Below the pieces are notes generated by a model. It saw nothing but the letters and a program-made list of their open reading frames with translations. It was not told the origin of the DNA and did no database searches. The translations under genes were made by a program, and so were the position numbers. A DNA stretch of 64,000 bases from Octopus bimaculoides (taxonomy: Eukaryota): assembly GCF_001194135.2 (NCBI RefSeq), contig NC_068995.1, forward strand, positions 13,448,081-13,512,080, written 5' to 3'. Positions 23,473 to 36,699 of the stretch are shown here, piece by piece. How positions within the stretch are numbered: the first letter of the stretch is position 1; every line of letters starts with the position of its first letter.

Positions 23473-24750
23473 GTTTGTTGAAGATTTCTTAATTTGTATT
23501 TTGGTGAATTACTTCTAAAAAAAAGTGGGGAGTGAGATTGTTAACTACGTTCCATTATTCCTTTATTACACAAAGGGTGGGGATTTTGTGTTTTGGTTAT
23601 GTCTGCATTCTAAGGTAATGCTTGTGGTGTTTTAGTAGAACACTTTGATCTATTTGCTTAGTTTCATCTGATAAATAGATGTTAATCCTGGAACTTGTGA
23701 CCTATTTTAAATAGAATTCACTTCTGTCTGTTGGCTACCAGAGAATCTAGCTTTAGTGGCAGTAATTCTGAACATACGATACATTTATCAAGTGTTACAT
23801 GATATACATAGACAGATTACCCTGTAAAAATCATGAATGTGAACTTTTTTAAAAGTTTAATGTATTAGTATACTGCAGTACTTTTATAATTACAACCCAA
23901 CAGTTAAATTGCTAACAAAATAACAAATCAGCAACAAAGTTATTCATGGAGGTTAACAATATGGTATGACAAGGTTTTTTTGTTATAATAAGGATACTAT
24001 AATAAAATTTCTAGTTATGCACAGACTGGCCACATATGACCCAAGCATTCTACCTGATTTATGTTCAAACTGATCACAGTCTCTTACACCTATCCTACAA
24101 TGTCATTCTAAGAATTAACAAGCATGGCTTTGTGGTAGGTAGTTTGCTTCCCAAACACATGGTTCTGGATTCTGTCCCACTGCATGGCATCTTGGACAAG
24201 TGTCTTCTAAGTGGATTTGGTAGATGGAGACTGAAAGAAGTTTGCCATATATAGATGTATGTATATATATGTGTGTGTCTTCTGTGTTGTAAGTAGCTTG
24301 CTGACCAAAAGCTTGTGGGTGGATTTGGTAGAAGGAAACTGAAAGAAGCCCGTCATATATACTTTGTGTTCATGCTTTCCCCCATAACTTAGCAGTTTGG
24401 CAAAAAAGACTGATAGAATAAGTACTGAGCTTTAAAAAAATAAGTCTGAGTTGCTTTGTTTGACTAAGACCATTCATAGTGGTATCCCAGTATGGCCACA
24501 GTCGAATGACAAACGAAAGATAAATAAGCGTTATATTTGACAGCATAATCTGCTGGAGGGTTGAGACTATAAGCACCCCTAAGTCTTACCTGCCTCCTGG
24601 GGACTGAACCCTTGCAGGTTGTATATTCCTTCCCCTTTGGTTATAACAAAATATCACATTGTTTACATCTGTAAAATGTTATTTGCTGATGCTACATATT
24701 TTGTAAGATACCTTAATAAAATGTTGCAAAAAAATTTTGTTTCTTTATAG

Positions 24751-24842
24751 GAACTGCTCAATCAGTTGGTTGTACAGTTGACGGCAACCATCCACATGAC
24801 GTCATTGAAATGGTAAACAATGGAGAATATGAAGTGCCAGCT
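24751..24842 (+). CDS. RPL12: RPL12 exon 5 ([18 protein letters not shown]...EVPA)
   Basis: ctttatag acceptor and GCT|gtaggt donor; 92 nt. Confidence 0.95.
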
Positions 24843-25089
24843 GTAGGTTTTAAATTACCAAATTTGTTTCTAGAGTTAAAGAGCCGTGGAATTAGGTTCC
24901 TTTGAGAATTCTAGTTGGAATGTTTCCATGACAAAATGGCTCCAGGCTGAGTTTGGCAATATAATGGAACCCTGTCAATAAATTACCACACAGTTGCTAT
25001 TAAAGAATAAAAAGATTAGAATGGTACAACAATGCACTATAGAACAAAAAATGGACTATATGCCTGTTGTAATTTGGTTATCTATAGTC

Positions 25090-25127
25090 AGATGATATTT
25101 CGGAATTACAATTCCTTCTTCAGATCT
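25090..25127 (-). ncRNA. Minimal type I hammerhead ribozyme motif (Penelope-type), antisense in RPL12 intron 5
   Basis: Minus strand reads AGAT-CUGAAGA-A-GGAAU-UGUA-AUUCC-GAAA-UAUC^AUCU: 4-bp helix I, 5-bp helix II, palindromic AUAU helix III, AUC cleavage triplet. Confidence 0.55.
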
Positions 25128-25866
25128 TCTTAGCTGGAGTCTCTGCTATAAACTGTTTTCCAACGGTTTTCTTTTTTTCGGAAAGTTGCTATTATATTAG
25201 TAAATGCACATGGCCTCGCGGTAATGGTGTTTCACTTGAGAGCATAAAATTGTGATTTCTATTCCCAAACTAGGTGGTGCATTGTGCTCTTGAGCAAACC
25301 ACTACATTTCATCTTGCTCTAGTCCTCTCAGCTTTAGTAATAACTGAAAAATAACTCCTCTCAGTTTCAGTAATAATTGGGAAGTTAATTGGCAATGAAC
25401 CAGCATTCATTCAGGGTAGCAGGGAGTGTTGTACTGTCAATAATATGCCATGGTAACTGAGTTATGCTCTGGCCTTATGAATCTCAGGGTTTGTTCCTAA
25501 TCTAATAACTTTGGTGGATGGTCAAGTATTTTGGCTTAGCAGTCCCTGAATCTATGGACAGTGTGCTATATTAGCTAATGAGCCAGAATTCTATAATGAA
25601 CATTTAGTGTTTGAAGAGAATACAAAAAGAAGAAAAAACGTTTTCAAGCTTATGTTGATTTTGTGACTATATTTCTGATGTGATATCATGCATGTATATT
25701 TAAAATAAGTTCAAAACAAATGGCAACTTTGCAAATTCTGTTCTTAAAGTACATACGGAAAGATTTAATTTTTTTCTTTATATTGAAATGTCTTGATTTA
25801 ATATGATTTTGTATATCATTTCCTAAAATGATACTGATTCAATTTTCTCTCTTTTTTTTATTGCAG

Positions 25867-25872
25867 GAATAA
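25867..25872 (+). CDS. RPL12: RPL12 exon 6, six coding nt (GAA TAA)
   Basis: Long pyrimidine tract plus ttgcag acceptor. The six exons sum to 498 nt (165 aa plus stop). Confidence 0.85.
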   Translation, partial: E

Positions 25873-25882
25873 ACAAAATAAA
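25868..25882 (+). terminator. RPL12 polyadenylation signals (AATAAA twice, the first overlapping the stop codon)
   Basis: AATAAA at 25868-25873 and 25877-25882, followed by a U-rich region. Confidence 0.65.
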
Positions 25883-26960
25883 TATTCTCAAACATATTTC
25901 TATTTGTCTTGTTTTGATTTTCAAGAAATTACATACAAATAAATATTCTAGTTTTTTATGAACACAAAACAAGTTTGCAAAGTGGAATAAACTATTTCGC
26001 AGTGAGGAAGAGAAGTCTAACATCTTGAGCAAGCTTTTATTTCTCTCTTTACAAAAGACCATATCCAAAACTTATCTTCCTGGATACAAAATAAGTTATT
26101 CCAATGCAAGCATTTTATATTTAGATATTTGTTGATGCAAGTCAGTTCTGCTCTTTGACGAATGAAACTTTGTTCCTTTTGACACTTGGCGATATTCTTT
26201 GTTACTTGTTTCAGTCATTGGACCATGACCATGATGGGGCACCACCTTGAACTGTTTGGTCAAAGATAGCCTCTGCTTTTTTTTTCCCCTTTCCCCCCAC
26301 CATGTAAGGATGAAAATGTGGATTCTAGTGCTGTGTTTCTAAGGCTTTATTTCCAGCGTACCATTTGAATATCTCTTAACTAAGAGCAGATTTGCAGTGG
26401 TTGTGTCTGATATCTTTGAACACCAAGCAGCTAGCTTCTCGATCATTTCATATGATAAAAATTATATCTAGTTTTCACCTCACTGTTCATATTGATGGTG
26501 TCCTTGGCTTGCAGTCCACTGCAAAGGCATCTCCAGGCTTGGTGTGTGAAACCTGTGTGAACAGAAGGCTCATTCAAATAATGTTGTTTCCAGTTCTCCA
26601 CATAACTTGGTTGTCAGATTGAAAGATAATTGACTTGATTGGAAACAAGTCTGGGTTGGTGTCAAAGCATTCAGCCATAAAAACTCTACTTCAACAGGAA
26701 GTGGATGTTGAAGTGATGGTATGTGTGGGTAGTAACTGGATGTAGATCAGAGTAATGTCTTGGTTAAAATTTACATTAAACCTCGGTTTGCAAATTTGCG
26801 TTATACAGTTGGAAACTATTAGGAATCTAGCTCAATTGTCATACTGGTAGGTCATGTGGGGGCATACACCATTGCAGTGTGTTACTGCACTAACCATTTG
26901 TCAGTATATTCTTGGCAGAGTTCTAGTCAGTCCCCATTTCCAGGAGATACCTCTTCATAA

Positions 26961-27286
26961 TCTATACTATAAAAGGCATGCTGTGATAAAATTGAATATT
27001 TGATCTCAACATCAGGGAGGTTACAAAAATTAATTTTGGAAAACAAGGAAAAACTGTCTTGAGTAATATATCTTTTTCGTTTATGCTGGTGTTTGGTATA
27101 TAAAATAACTTAATGGAAGGTTTTAATTTAAACTGCTTTAAAACAGAAATGTAGGTTGTGTCACAGAATAAGCAACAATCCCAAACTGAGTTGGGACGTG
27201 ATTTAAAGAATCGGAGTGACTAGAAATTTATCAAAACTAAATAGAATTTACTGAAATATTTTTCGTGGCAAGTCACTTTAAGCTAG
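26961..27286 (+). mobile_element. Non-autonomous Helitron-like element
   Basis: A|TCTATACTATAAAAG 5' end and CTAG|T 3' end; no TSD. Confidence 0.45.
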
Positions 27287-28882
27287 TATGCTAATCTTTT
27301 TGTTGCCAACCCAACTGCCTTGCTTAGAGTTTACTATTTCAACATGATCCAAGTTAAAGCTAACAACAAATTTTAGTAACTTTTTGCATTATTTTTAAAA
27401 CTAATTGAAGCGATGAATTTCAACAAATACAAAGAGATATATTTTGAAATACAAGTAAGGGTTGATGGGAAAGACATCGGTTGTAAAATATTACCTCAAT
27501 AACTCATGTAAAATCCATGATCATCTTCAAAGTAGCAAGTACAAAGCTAATGATGGTTGCACAATGCACCCTAGAATATGAATAGAATCCCACATAGGAC
27601 GATTGTAAACTGTCTATGAAAACATGTCTGGTCAGGTGAAAGATTTACCTTGCTGAGGAATGGTGGAGGTTTGGTAACAGGAAGGGAAGCTGACCATAGA
27701 AAATCTGCCTTGACAAATTCCATCCAACTCCTGCAAGCATGGAAAAGTGGCCGTTAAAACAATAAGGATGAAGGTGTGTGTAATATTAGTTTCAAGTTTT
27801 GGTACAAGGCCAGCAATTATGGGGAGGGGTAAGTTGATGATATTGATCCCAGTGCTTGGCTGGTACTTATTTTATTGACCCTGAAAGGGTGAAAGACAAA
27901 GTTGGCCTCAGCAGAATTTGAACTCAGAACATAGAGGTAGACGAAATGATGCGAGTGGTTGAGCCAGCTCACTGCTTTACGGTACATGTAATATTAACAG
28001 TCAGGTGTGGCACATTGAGCAAGTGGATTTCGTAGACAGAAACTGGAAGAAGTCTGTCGTATTTATGTCTGTGTTTGTCCTACCATTGCTTGACAACCAA
28101 TGTTGGTGTGTTTATATCTTCGAAACCTAGCGGTTCGACAAGAGAAAATAAGTCCTGGGGTCGATTTGTTCGACTAAAGACAGTGCTCCAGCATGTCCGC
28201 TGTCAAATGACTGAAGCGTGTAAAAGAGAATGTGAAATGATTTAATTCATTATAGTGATTTGAACCGTGTAACCAGTTTATGAAGAAATTTTTCTTCAAA
28301 GTGTGTCTTTATACTTGACACACTCAGAAAAATATCTGATGCTTTACTTAAAAAATAATTTTTAAATTATGAGTTTGTGGCTACAGAAGACACTTGGCCA
28401 AGGTACCATACAGTGGGACTGAACCTGAAACCATGTGCTTTAAGGAGCACGTTCCGTGAATCAGATGGGCTGAAATCCTCGAGAGTGCCAATTTTAAAAT
28501 ATTTATACATATATATATGTCTTGGTTTGTTTACCTCAAAATAAACCAGTGGTTCAGCAAGAAAGACCGATAGAATAAGTACTGCGGTTTAATGAGTGAT
28601 ACAAGTGAAAAATATTGGTGTATAGGCTATTAAATGTGTCCTGCATTATCTAAGACAATCGTGTATAGATTGAAGGAAATTTGGCTGTTATTTCTAGCAA
28701 TCCAATTACTTATATAGAGCACTCCCCAGCCAGTGAAACGTAGAACTCTGGGGCTGCTGACAGTTTTGATATATTCTGTAGAGCTTAATGAGCAGTAACA
28801 GGATTATATCCAGTTGTCTCCCTTACAATTTGAGTTGCTCCTAAGTTTCGAGTTATCTCCCGACATTCCTACTCGTATGAGA

Positions 28883-28958
28883 TCACTTTTGGCACGGCAT
28901 CAACATATGTTGGTTGATAACTGAAATACAAGCACTGCGGGCTATCTGGCTGCAGAAG
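28883..28958 (-). CDS. Candidate terminal exon of an unidentified gene (RFCSQIARSACISVINQHMLMPCQK*)
   Basis: tatttttatatgtgtttacag acceptor; phase 2 matches the upstream 84-nt exon across a 77-nt GT-AG intron. Confidence 0.5.
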
Positions 28959-29035
28959 CTGTAAACACATATAAAAATAATGTTTTACGAGTTACTCTTA
29001 ACGTTCATCATTTTCTAGATTCTCTATTTACTCAC

Positions 29036-29119
29036 CGTGGTGCGTTAAACAGTACAAGTGCTATATCGTTTTCTGGGACACTTCTATCACGGCGCATTCC
29101 TGGTTCTGTTTTGTTATCC
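29036..29119 (-). CDS. Candidate internal exon of the unidentified gene (DNKTEPGMRRDRSVPENDIALVLFNAPR)
   Basis: tcctttataacag acceptor and strong ACG|gtgagt donor; 84 nt, open in phase 2-2. Confidence 0.5.
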
Positions 29120-29544
29120 CTGTTATAAAGGATATTCGAATGAATTATCAGCGATATGATGCTTAAAAGATTAGACAATACTGACATTAAGGGAAAAGGG
29201 AATGAGAGTTGTATTTACATCTAAATTATCAAGCGAAGTATTTAATGATTCCAGACTCATTCTGCCTTGTCCTTACATTATAGAATTTATTACTTTTGTT
29301 AAAATAACAAATGCTCTTTCTTTAATTACTCACTCCATTATATGTATGTGTGCGTGCGTGTGTATATATATATATATATATAATATACGCACACATACTT
29401 TTAACGGAGTTGGTACGGTGAAGGATAAAGCTGTTTGAGCTCCAATATACGAGTGCATGTAGATGAAAGAATAGAAAACCAATAGAATTAAATGCGACGA
29501 ACACAGCAAAGCTGTTGAGTTATATCTTGAAATACACTCTTTTC

Positions 29545-29841
29545 TACTCTAGGCACAAGGCCCGAAATTTTGGGGGAGGGGGCCAGTCGATTAGATCGAC
29601 TCAGTATGCAACTGGTACTTAATTTATCAACCCCGAAAGGATGAAAGGCAAAGTCGACCTCGGCGGAATTTGAACTCAGAACGTAGCGGCAGACGAAATA
29701 CCGTTAAGCATTACGCTCGGCGTGCTAACGTTTCTTATTTCTTTGCTGCCCACAAGGGGCTACACACAGAGGGGACAGGCGGATTAAGTCGATTATATCG
29801 ACCCCAGTGCGTAACTGGTACTTATTTAATCGACCCCGAAT
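29545..29841 (-). mobile_element. SINE family B (dimeric), truncated by a gap
   Basis: Reverse complement of 46741-47160. Confidence 0.85.
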
Positions 29842-31519
29842 NNNNNNNNNNNNNNNNNNNNNNNNNNNNNNNNNNNNNNNNNNNNNNNNNNNNNNNNNNN
29901 NNNNNNNNNNNNNNNNNNNNNNNNNNNNNNNNNNNNNNNNNNNNNNNNNNNNNNNNNNNNNNNNNNNNNNNNNNNNNNNNNNNNNNNNNNNNNNNNNNNN
30001 NNNNNNNNNNNNNNNNNNNNNNNNNNNNNNNNNNNNNNNNNNNNNNNNNNNNNNNNNNNNNNNNNNNNNNNNNNNNNNNNNNNNNNNNNNNNNNNNNNNN
30101 NNNNNNNNNNNNNNNNNNNNNNNNNNNNNNNNNNNNNNNNNNNNNNNNNNNNNNNNNNNNNNNNNNNNNNNNNNNNNNNNNNNNNNNNNNNNNNNNNNNN
30201 NNNNNNNNNNNNNNNNNNNNNNNNNNNNNNNNNNNNNNNNNNNNNNNNNNNNNNNNNNNNNNNNNNNNNNNNNNNNNNNNNNNNNNNNNNNNNNNNNNNN
30301 NNNNNNNNNNNNNNNNNNNNNNNNNNNNNNNNNNNNNNNNNNNNNNNNNNNNNNNNNNNNNNNNNNNNNNNNNNNNNNNNNNNNNNNNNNNNNNNNNNNN
30401 NNNNNNNNNNNNNNNNNNNNNNNNNNNNNNNNNNNNNNNNNNNNNNNNNNNNNNNNNNNNNNNNNNNNNNNNNNNNNNNNNNNNNNNNNNNNNNNNNNNN
30501 NNNNNNNNNNNNNNNNNNNNNNNNNNNNNNNNNNNNNNNNNNNNNNNNNNNNNNNNNNNNNNNNNNNNNNNNNNNNNNNNNNNNNNNNNNNNNNNNNNNN
30601 NNNNNNNNNNNNNNNNNNNNNNNNNNNNNNNNNNNNNNNNNNNNNNNNNNNNNNNNNNNNNNNNNNNNNNNNNNNNNNNNNNNNNNNNNNNNNNNNNNNN
30701 NNNNNNNNNNNNNNNNNNNNNNNNNNNNNNNNNNGGACGCATCGTTAAAACGGCTCTTCCCATGGACCGCAAATTAAATTTGTATACACAAATTGAACCT
30801 GTGCCATGGAGGAATGTAGTGGCGGACAAAAAAACAAGACAGGAAAACAAACGGAAAAGGCTATATGGCCAGACGGGAAAAATTATGTGTGTATGAACGC
30901 TATGAGGCACGAACTTGAAAGTGGGGATGAAGTAAGTTCGCGTGTTTTCTCGGCGATAGCCAAGGAAGAAAAGGATTATTGACCTGAAGCATGTGACCAT
31001 GCCGGTGTAAGGGGGAGAGAGAGAGAGAGTGGTAGAGGGAGGAAGTAGAAGAATAGGTGAGCAACGAGGGGGGAGGAAAGAGATACGTAGTAGTAACAGA
31101 GGAAGAACGAGAGGGGTAAAGAGAGATACGTAGTAGTAAACAGAGGAAGATGAGGGGGAAAAAATGTGTGTAGCAAACTCTAGTGAACTTCCTCTCTCTA
31201 TTATATATACATATATGCGAACGTAGCAGGTAACAGCTAACCTTTGGCACTGTTTTGGATCCCGTTATGTCTACCACTCTGATTGGTCGATATTGGTGCA
31301 AATTGTCTTTTACTCTATTGCACACTAATATGTAACCAATCCAATTGCAGCCTCCAAATAAATCACATGAGACAGTCTGTTCTAGACTACATTTGAGCCT
31401 ACTGTCAGCTATAAAAACTCACCTCCTTCTAGTCTCGAGGTCTGTTGGTTCTAGACCTTCTAAGGTCTAACCACTGACTACATTACATCTTTGTATATAT
31501 ATATAGAGAGAGAGAGAAA

Positions 31520-31875
31520 GAGGTGCAATGGTCCAGTGGTTAGGGCAGCGGACTCGCGGTTTCGATTCCCAGACCAGGCGTTGTGAGTGTTTATTGAGCG
31601 AAAATACCTAAAGCTCCATGAGGCTCTGGCAGGGGATGGTGGCGAACCCTGCTGTACTCTTTCACCACAACTTTCTCTCACTCTTCCTGTTTTTGTTGTG
31701 TCTGTAATTCAAAGGGTCAGCCTTGTCACACTGTGTCACGCTGAATATCCCCGAGAACTACGTTAAGGGCACACGTGTCTATGGAGTGCTCAGCCACTTG
31801 CACGCTAATTTCACAAGCAGGCTGTTCCATTGATCGGATCAACTGGAACCCTCGACATCGTAAGCGACGGAGTGC

Positions 31876-31884
<9 letters not shown>
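31520..31884 (+). mobile_element. SINE family C (tRNA-derived; A and B boxes visible)
   Basis: Near-identical to the reverse complement of 61886-62239; 14-nt deletion between cgcggt microhomologies in the tRNA part. Confidence 0.9.
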
Positions 31885-31906
<22 letters not shown>

Positions 31907-33873
31907 CATACATATGTGTGTGTGTACATAGATGTATGTATGTGTATATATATATAAATACACACATACTTCCACAAATATCCTACACTTGGAAAGCAAT
32001 CAACCATTTCTGCTGATTGGCAACGATTCATTTTACAAACACATAATGTCTTCCTGCCTCTTTTGTCACTATTACAACAGTCCCTGAAGTAGCAAGCTGC
32101 ATACACCATATACCTGTCTCTCTCTTTGTGACCCACCTACCCAGAGCTTCAGCTTTAAAGAATTCTCTCCCTGCCCATTCTTTGCTATAGATGCCCAAGT
32201 TAAACCTCTGACAAATCAATCCACAATAGTCTATAGAAATCATTGACACTGATTAATTTTTCTTGAATGTTTCTTGGAAAGATTGGTTCCTTTCCTGAAT
32301 GCTAACCCATACAATCTTTTGAAAGCCAATGGATGTTAAATGGTTTGGTACTGAGTGTGGCATTGATGTCGCTGACACATGAACTGTTCACCTCCTTAGT
32401 CCAACACACAACCAATTTAGACATCTCTGATTCAATAACTTGCTTTTTGTTGATTAATCTAATGACTTTCTAATTTATTTATATAATATTCTTTCACTGG
32501 TATCAGTCATTGGAATGCAGCCATCCTGGTGTACTAGTTCCAAGAATTTTAGTCCATTATATTTATCTCAGTGCTTTTTTGGTGCTATTTTATTGAAGTG
32601 CTAAGTTCGTCTGGTATAAAGAGTCAAAATACAAAGGGAATGTCTACTAAATATTAAATATTCACATTATAACAATTAATAAATAACTTGAATGTATAAT
32701 TTCAGATTTAAAGAAATTTTGATAATTATAAGGGTGTCTATTTACTTCTGTAAATTTACAATAAATGTACAAACAAATGAAAAACAGATACTGGTCACCA
32801 AGTCCTCATCAGTTATCTGCCAGAGGGTCAAACGCAATTTCGCGCTTTTGTATATATATATATATATATGTATAAAGAGAGTAAGAGAGAGAGAGAGAAG
32901 CATGCACACACACACACACACATATACCACAGTTAAGTTTCTGTCTTCAAATGTCACCCTGAAAATTAACATGACACTTGTCCAAAGTGCCACCCAGTGA
33001 AACTGAACCTGAGACCTTGCTGTTGTGAGGCAAACTTCTTAACCACACGCCTATGTCTGCACTTATTGTTTTTACACCTAAAATAAAACAGTGCTACTGA
33101 TGCACTCTCAAACATCTTAAAATATATTTCTAAGAAAAATGCCACTTGGCTGATTGACAAAGATTTGTCGTATAGACACACTTTATCTTATCTCTGAAAT
33201 TGCTACCTGCATATTCAGCTTACCTGTCTCTCTCTCTCTCTCCCTCCTTTTGTCATCATTATTGCATCTACAGAGCTGCAACTTTTACAGGAATTCTTTA
33301 ACTCCATATGCTTTTCCTACGGCGATTCAAACTGTATGAAGCTTCCCCCAGTCTGGAGCAGCCTACAAATGTTACGTATGTTTGTCTTCATGTAATTTGT
33401 TCCCCACTCATTTTAATAACACACACAAAGATTAAACCTTTTTTTTTTCCTGCAAATTAATTTAGAGCAGTTGTTGACGATAAGTGAGATCTCACTATGT
33501 TGCTGCACACACATCAACTGTCAATACTTCTTAAAGTAGTCTGCCACAATAGTAACTTGACCAACTATATAACCCAACAATTTACCACACTCTGCCTAAA
33601 TCCTCAGTTGCTGAAGCATGCTTAACCTCTATTTAAAAATTAATCAAATGTTAATCCATATATAATTTTATTGCTTCAAGTCATTGGACTGTGGCAATAC
33701 TGGAGCACCAGCTGCAAGGGTTTTAGTTAATTATATTCACCAAAGTAGTCAATCTGGTACTCAATTCAAGAAATAGCTGAATTCATATATTAACTGTCAT
33801 CACTTTAAGGATGTAAATACTACATGGTATTTAGGTATTTGCTATATATATTTATGTATATGTGTGAATATGA

Positions 33874-33928
<55 letters not shown>

Positions 33929-34907
33929 CATACAGTCCAACCCATGCCAACATGAACAATGGACATCAAATAATGATGATGTGTGTGCGTATACACACAC
34001 ACACACACACACATATAGTCATCGTTTAACGGCCATCTTCCATCATGCATAGGTAGGACAGTTGACAGTTGATCCTAGGCTACTGTATCTGTTTTGCCAC
34101 GATTTTTACAGCTGGATGCCCTTCCTAACACCAACCACTCCACAGAGTGGACTGAGTGCTTTTTTATGTGGCACCAGTACAGGCAAATTCAGTTTTGGTA
34201 TGATTTTTACAGCTGGATGCCCTTCCAGATGCCAACCACTTTACGGTATTAGTTTAATGCTTAAAGAAAAATGAACATAGAAATATTTTCAACTTTCTGG
34301 ATTGAAATCTTTCATCAAAAGGGGGGAAAAGAAAGAAAAAGCGACAAAAAAATAACATAAACTGTATCATTATCATTATTGGCACTCTTGTTGTCATTGA
34401 AGAATGGTTCTTTGAATTTTATTGTGTCCACATTTCTGAAAAATATATATATAACATTAAAATTCCTTTATTTCATTGCAGCCAAAAATTGTAATAAGTC
34501 AAGTAAACACAGCTGTTCCCACCAGATATTATAAGTGGATATTATAAGTGGGTGGTGTCAATAAGCTCAACAAGTTATATGTAAATTAAGAGACATCAAC
34601 TGTTCCAACCAGTTAAACTTAGCATATGCATGTAATGACACAATTTCATGTTACACGAAGCCAGCTTTTATAGGTGTTGTGTACTCTGTAACTGTGGAGT
34701 TTACTGTTAAATAATGCAGAAATGTTGAGTTACATTGAATACTGACGGACTGAACTTCTTTGAGTGTAGCTTCAAGAGGTACTTTACTACTGTGAAGAGG
34801 ACAAACAGTTATTGTTTGATTCTTATAGTTGTGGTTAGTATTGTAATTATTAGTTGTTAATGTGCTGTTGAAAGTCTGGATTTTCTTGACACAGAGGAAG
34901 TTTTTAC

Positions 34908-34948
34908 CCTGTCTGAGTACTCCATCCCACTTCACCTATGTAGTAGGC
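34908..34948 (-). CDS. Candidate small exon (AYYIGEVGWSTQTG from 34948, or GEVGWSTQTG from an alternative acceptor at 34935)
   Basis: AGG|gtaaaa donor in phase 2, compatible with the 29119 exon. Two candidate AG acceptors; a CTAAT branch-like motif favours 34935. Confidence 0.3.
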
Positions 34949-35093
34949 CTGTACATTAGACAGCAAAATGCTTCCAATCATTTCAATTTTTACCATAGAT
35001 GTTTGCATCTTCCCAAGTGATGCTACGTCCCTTCAGATCTTCATCAAAGGTAATATACCATGTTTTCTTGAGTCTGTCTGTCTCCCCCCCCTC

Positions 35094-35125
<32 letters not shown>

Positions 35126-35847
35126 ATTTATCTGTTTCTTCATCCTTCTGGTGGTACTCATTGTATAACTGTCTTGGGTATTCATTCTTCAGACAGTTGG
35201 TCAGCCACAGTCTCCTGCAGGCTGCAGTGCAGATTGGTTCTTCTCGGGATTTCAGTGCTTCTGTCCTTGTATGTAAGCTGATTATAACCATTCTATGGTA
35301 AGTGGAACTAAGTTAACATGGCCATGCAGAGTTATGTGTCTTTGTTATAGCAACAACACTATGCCAGTGTTAGATTATGAACCGGTAACTTCTTGGCTAG
35401 CTGTCCAGTGCCTGGCAGACACCATCTGCAATCAAATGCTATTTGACTGGGAAAATTCCCACAATTTCATCTATTTATAGCACAAGTACGCAGCTGATAA
35501 ATATATTTCTGTGTGTATATGCATGTGATGTATATTCCTACACAACCCGTGTCAGTACAGGTGACAGCCCATTGATGGATAGATCTGGTAAGGAAAATGT
35601 AAATAAATCAATTTACTTGGCTATACTAAGACAAAATGAACAAATATGGATATATAGATTGATTGAGTATATTATTAGTGCAGAGAATGTAGTAAATAAA
35701 ATATCCGGGTAGTTGGGAAACCTGCCAAGCAAAACAAAAGTAAGAGAGAGGGAGAGAGAGAGAGGTATTGATTTAAATCGGTTGTGTCTCACTGTTTCTA
35801 TAGTAGTGGATTTCTAAATTTATAAAAACAGAACATTTGTGTGTTAC

Positions 35848-35892
35848 CTTGTGTTCTAATAACCAAGCAATAGTTATGAGATATGTTTTCTC
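35848..35892 (-). CDS. Candidate 45-nt exon (EKTYLITIAWLLEHK or ENISHNYCLVIRTQ)
   Basis: Long pyrimidine tract plus ccag acceptor and AAG|gtaaca donor. Two open frames, each compatible with one acceptor of the next exon. Confidence 0.35.
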
Positions 35893-36699
35893 CTGGACGT
35901 AACAAGAAACCAGAATAAAATGTTACAACCACTATCCATTACGGCTTTGGAACAGACATATAGGTTAGTAATGCTGATTCAGTTCAATATTTTAATTTTC
36001 CGGAGAAATATTAATCATTACGCAACCAGTGATTTAATATTTCTCAAATTTCACGTCCTAATTTCAAGCTCTTCCTGTGAATATTCAGCTAATAGTTATT
36101 TGTGTTCATACCAGTCAGTTCAGTAAAAAACCAAAGGATATTTGTGTCTTATGACGAGAAGTTTGATAAAGTATTGATACAAGGGAGGGTTAGGGTTTGT
36201 ATTATGTAAGCAGTACTGCATTGTGTTCACAACCGAGACAACTAGCTTTCAACACACAAGACTATTGTGCATTACACTGTAGCCATGCCCATAGCATCTC
36301 TACCATTGGGGCACTTGAATTTTTTAACTGATATTTTCCATCTTTTTCAGTTTGGGATTTTCTTTATGCATTCATTCTGATGTCCTCATCTCAATCAACT
36401 TCAATATCACTGATGCAGTTTCATTTTGGTCACTCTTTTTTCTCCTTTTAACTTCCTATTTTCCCCAGACATAATTTCATTTACAAGTGATTTACTCACT
36501 CCACCGATGATTAAACCCTAGCATTCTCTTGTTAATTCAATTTCTCTTGTTAATTCAAAGCATCTTTCTCCTTTCCCCAGCTAAACATGTTAAGTTGTGA
36601 CTAAAATTGTGCAGATAAAGCATTTCATTTTGAATGCTGACAAATTCATCTCAATGCTTTTTTGGAGTGTATCCATATCTCACATCAGATCAGGTCAGG

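Noticed and set aside
23721-23775. Hairpin containing TTAGTGG, complementary to 28S CCACUAA, as a possible snoRNA guide
   Set aside because: The other half of the pocket does not pair with the target and no box lies 14-16 nt away.
29670-31000. Long ORFs of 300-400 aa in the track (also at 38.0-38.9, 49.3-49.9 and 57.1-58.1 kb)
   Set aside because: They run through N gaps; the length is an artefact.
33224-33362. Minus-strand segment with a good acceptor and CAG|gtaagc donor
   Set aside because: Stops in all three frames and ends in a (GA)n tract; at most a non-coding or poison exon, unsupported.
34651-34935. 94-aa ORF as a terminal exon
   Set aside because: N/T-rich low-complexity continuation after a plausible donor at 34907; only the first 28-41 nt are retained as a candidate exon.
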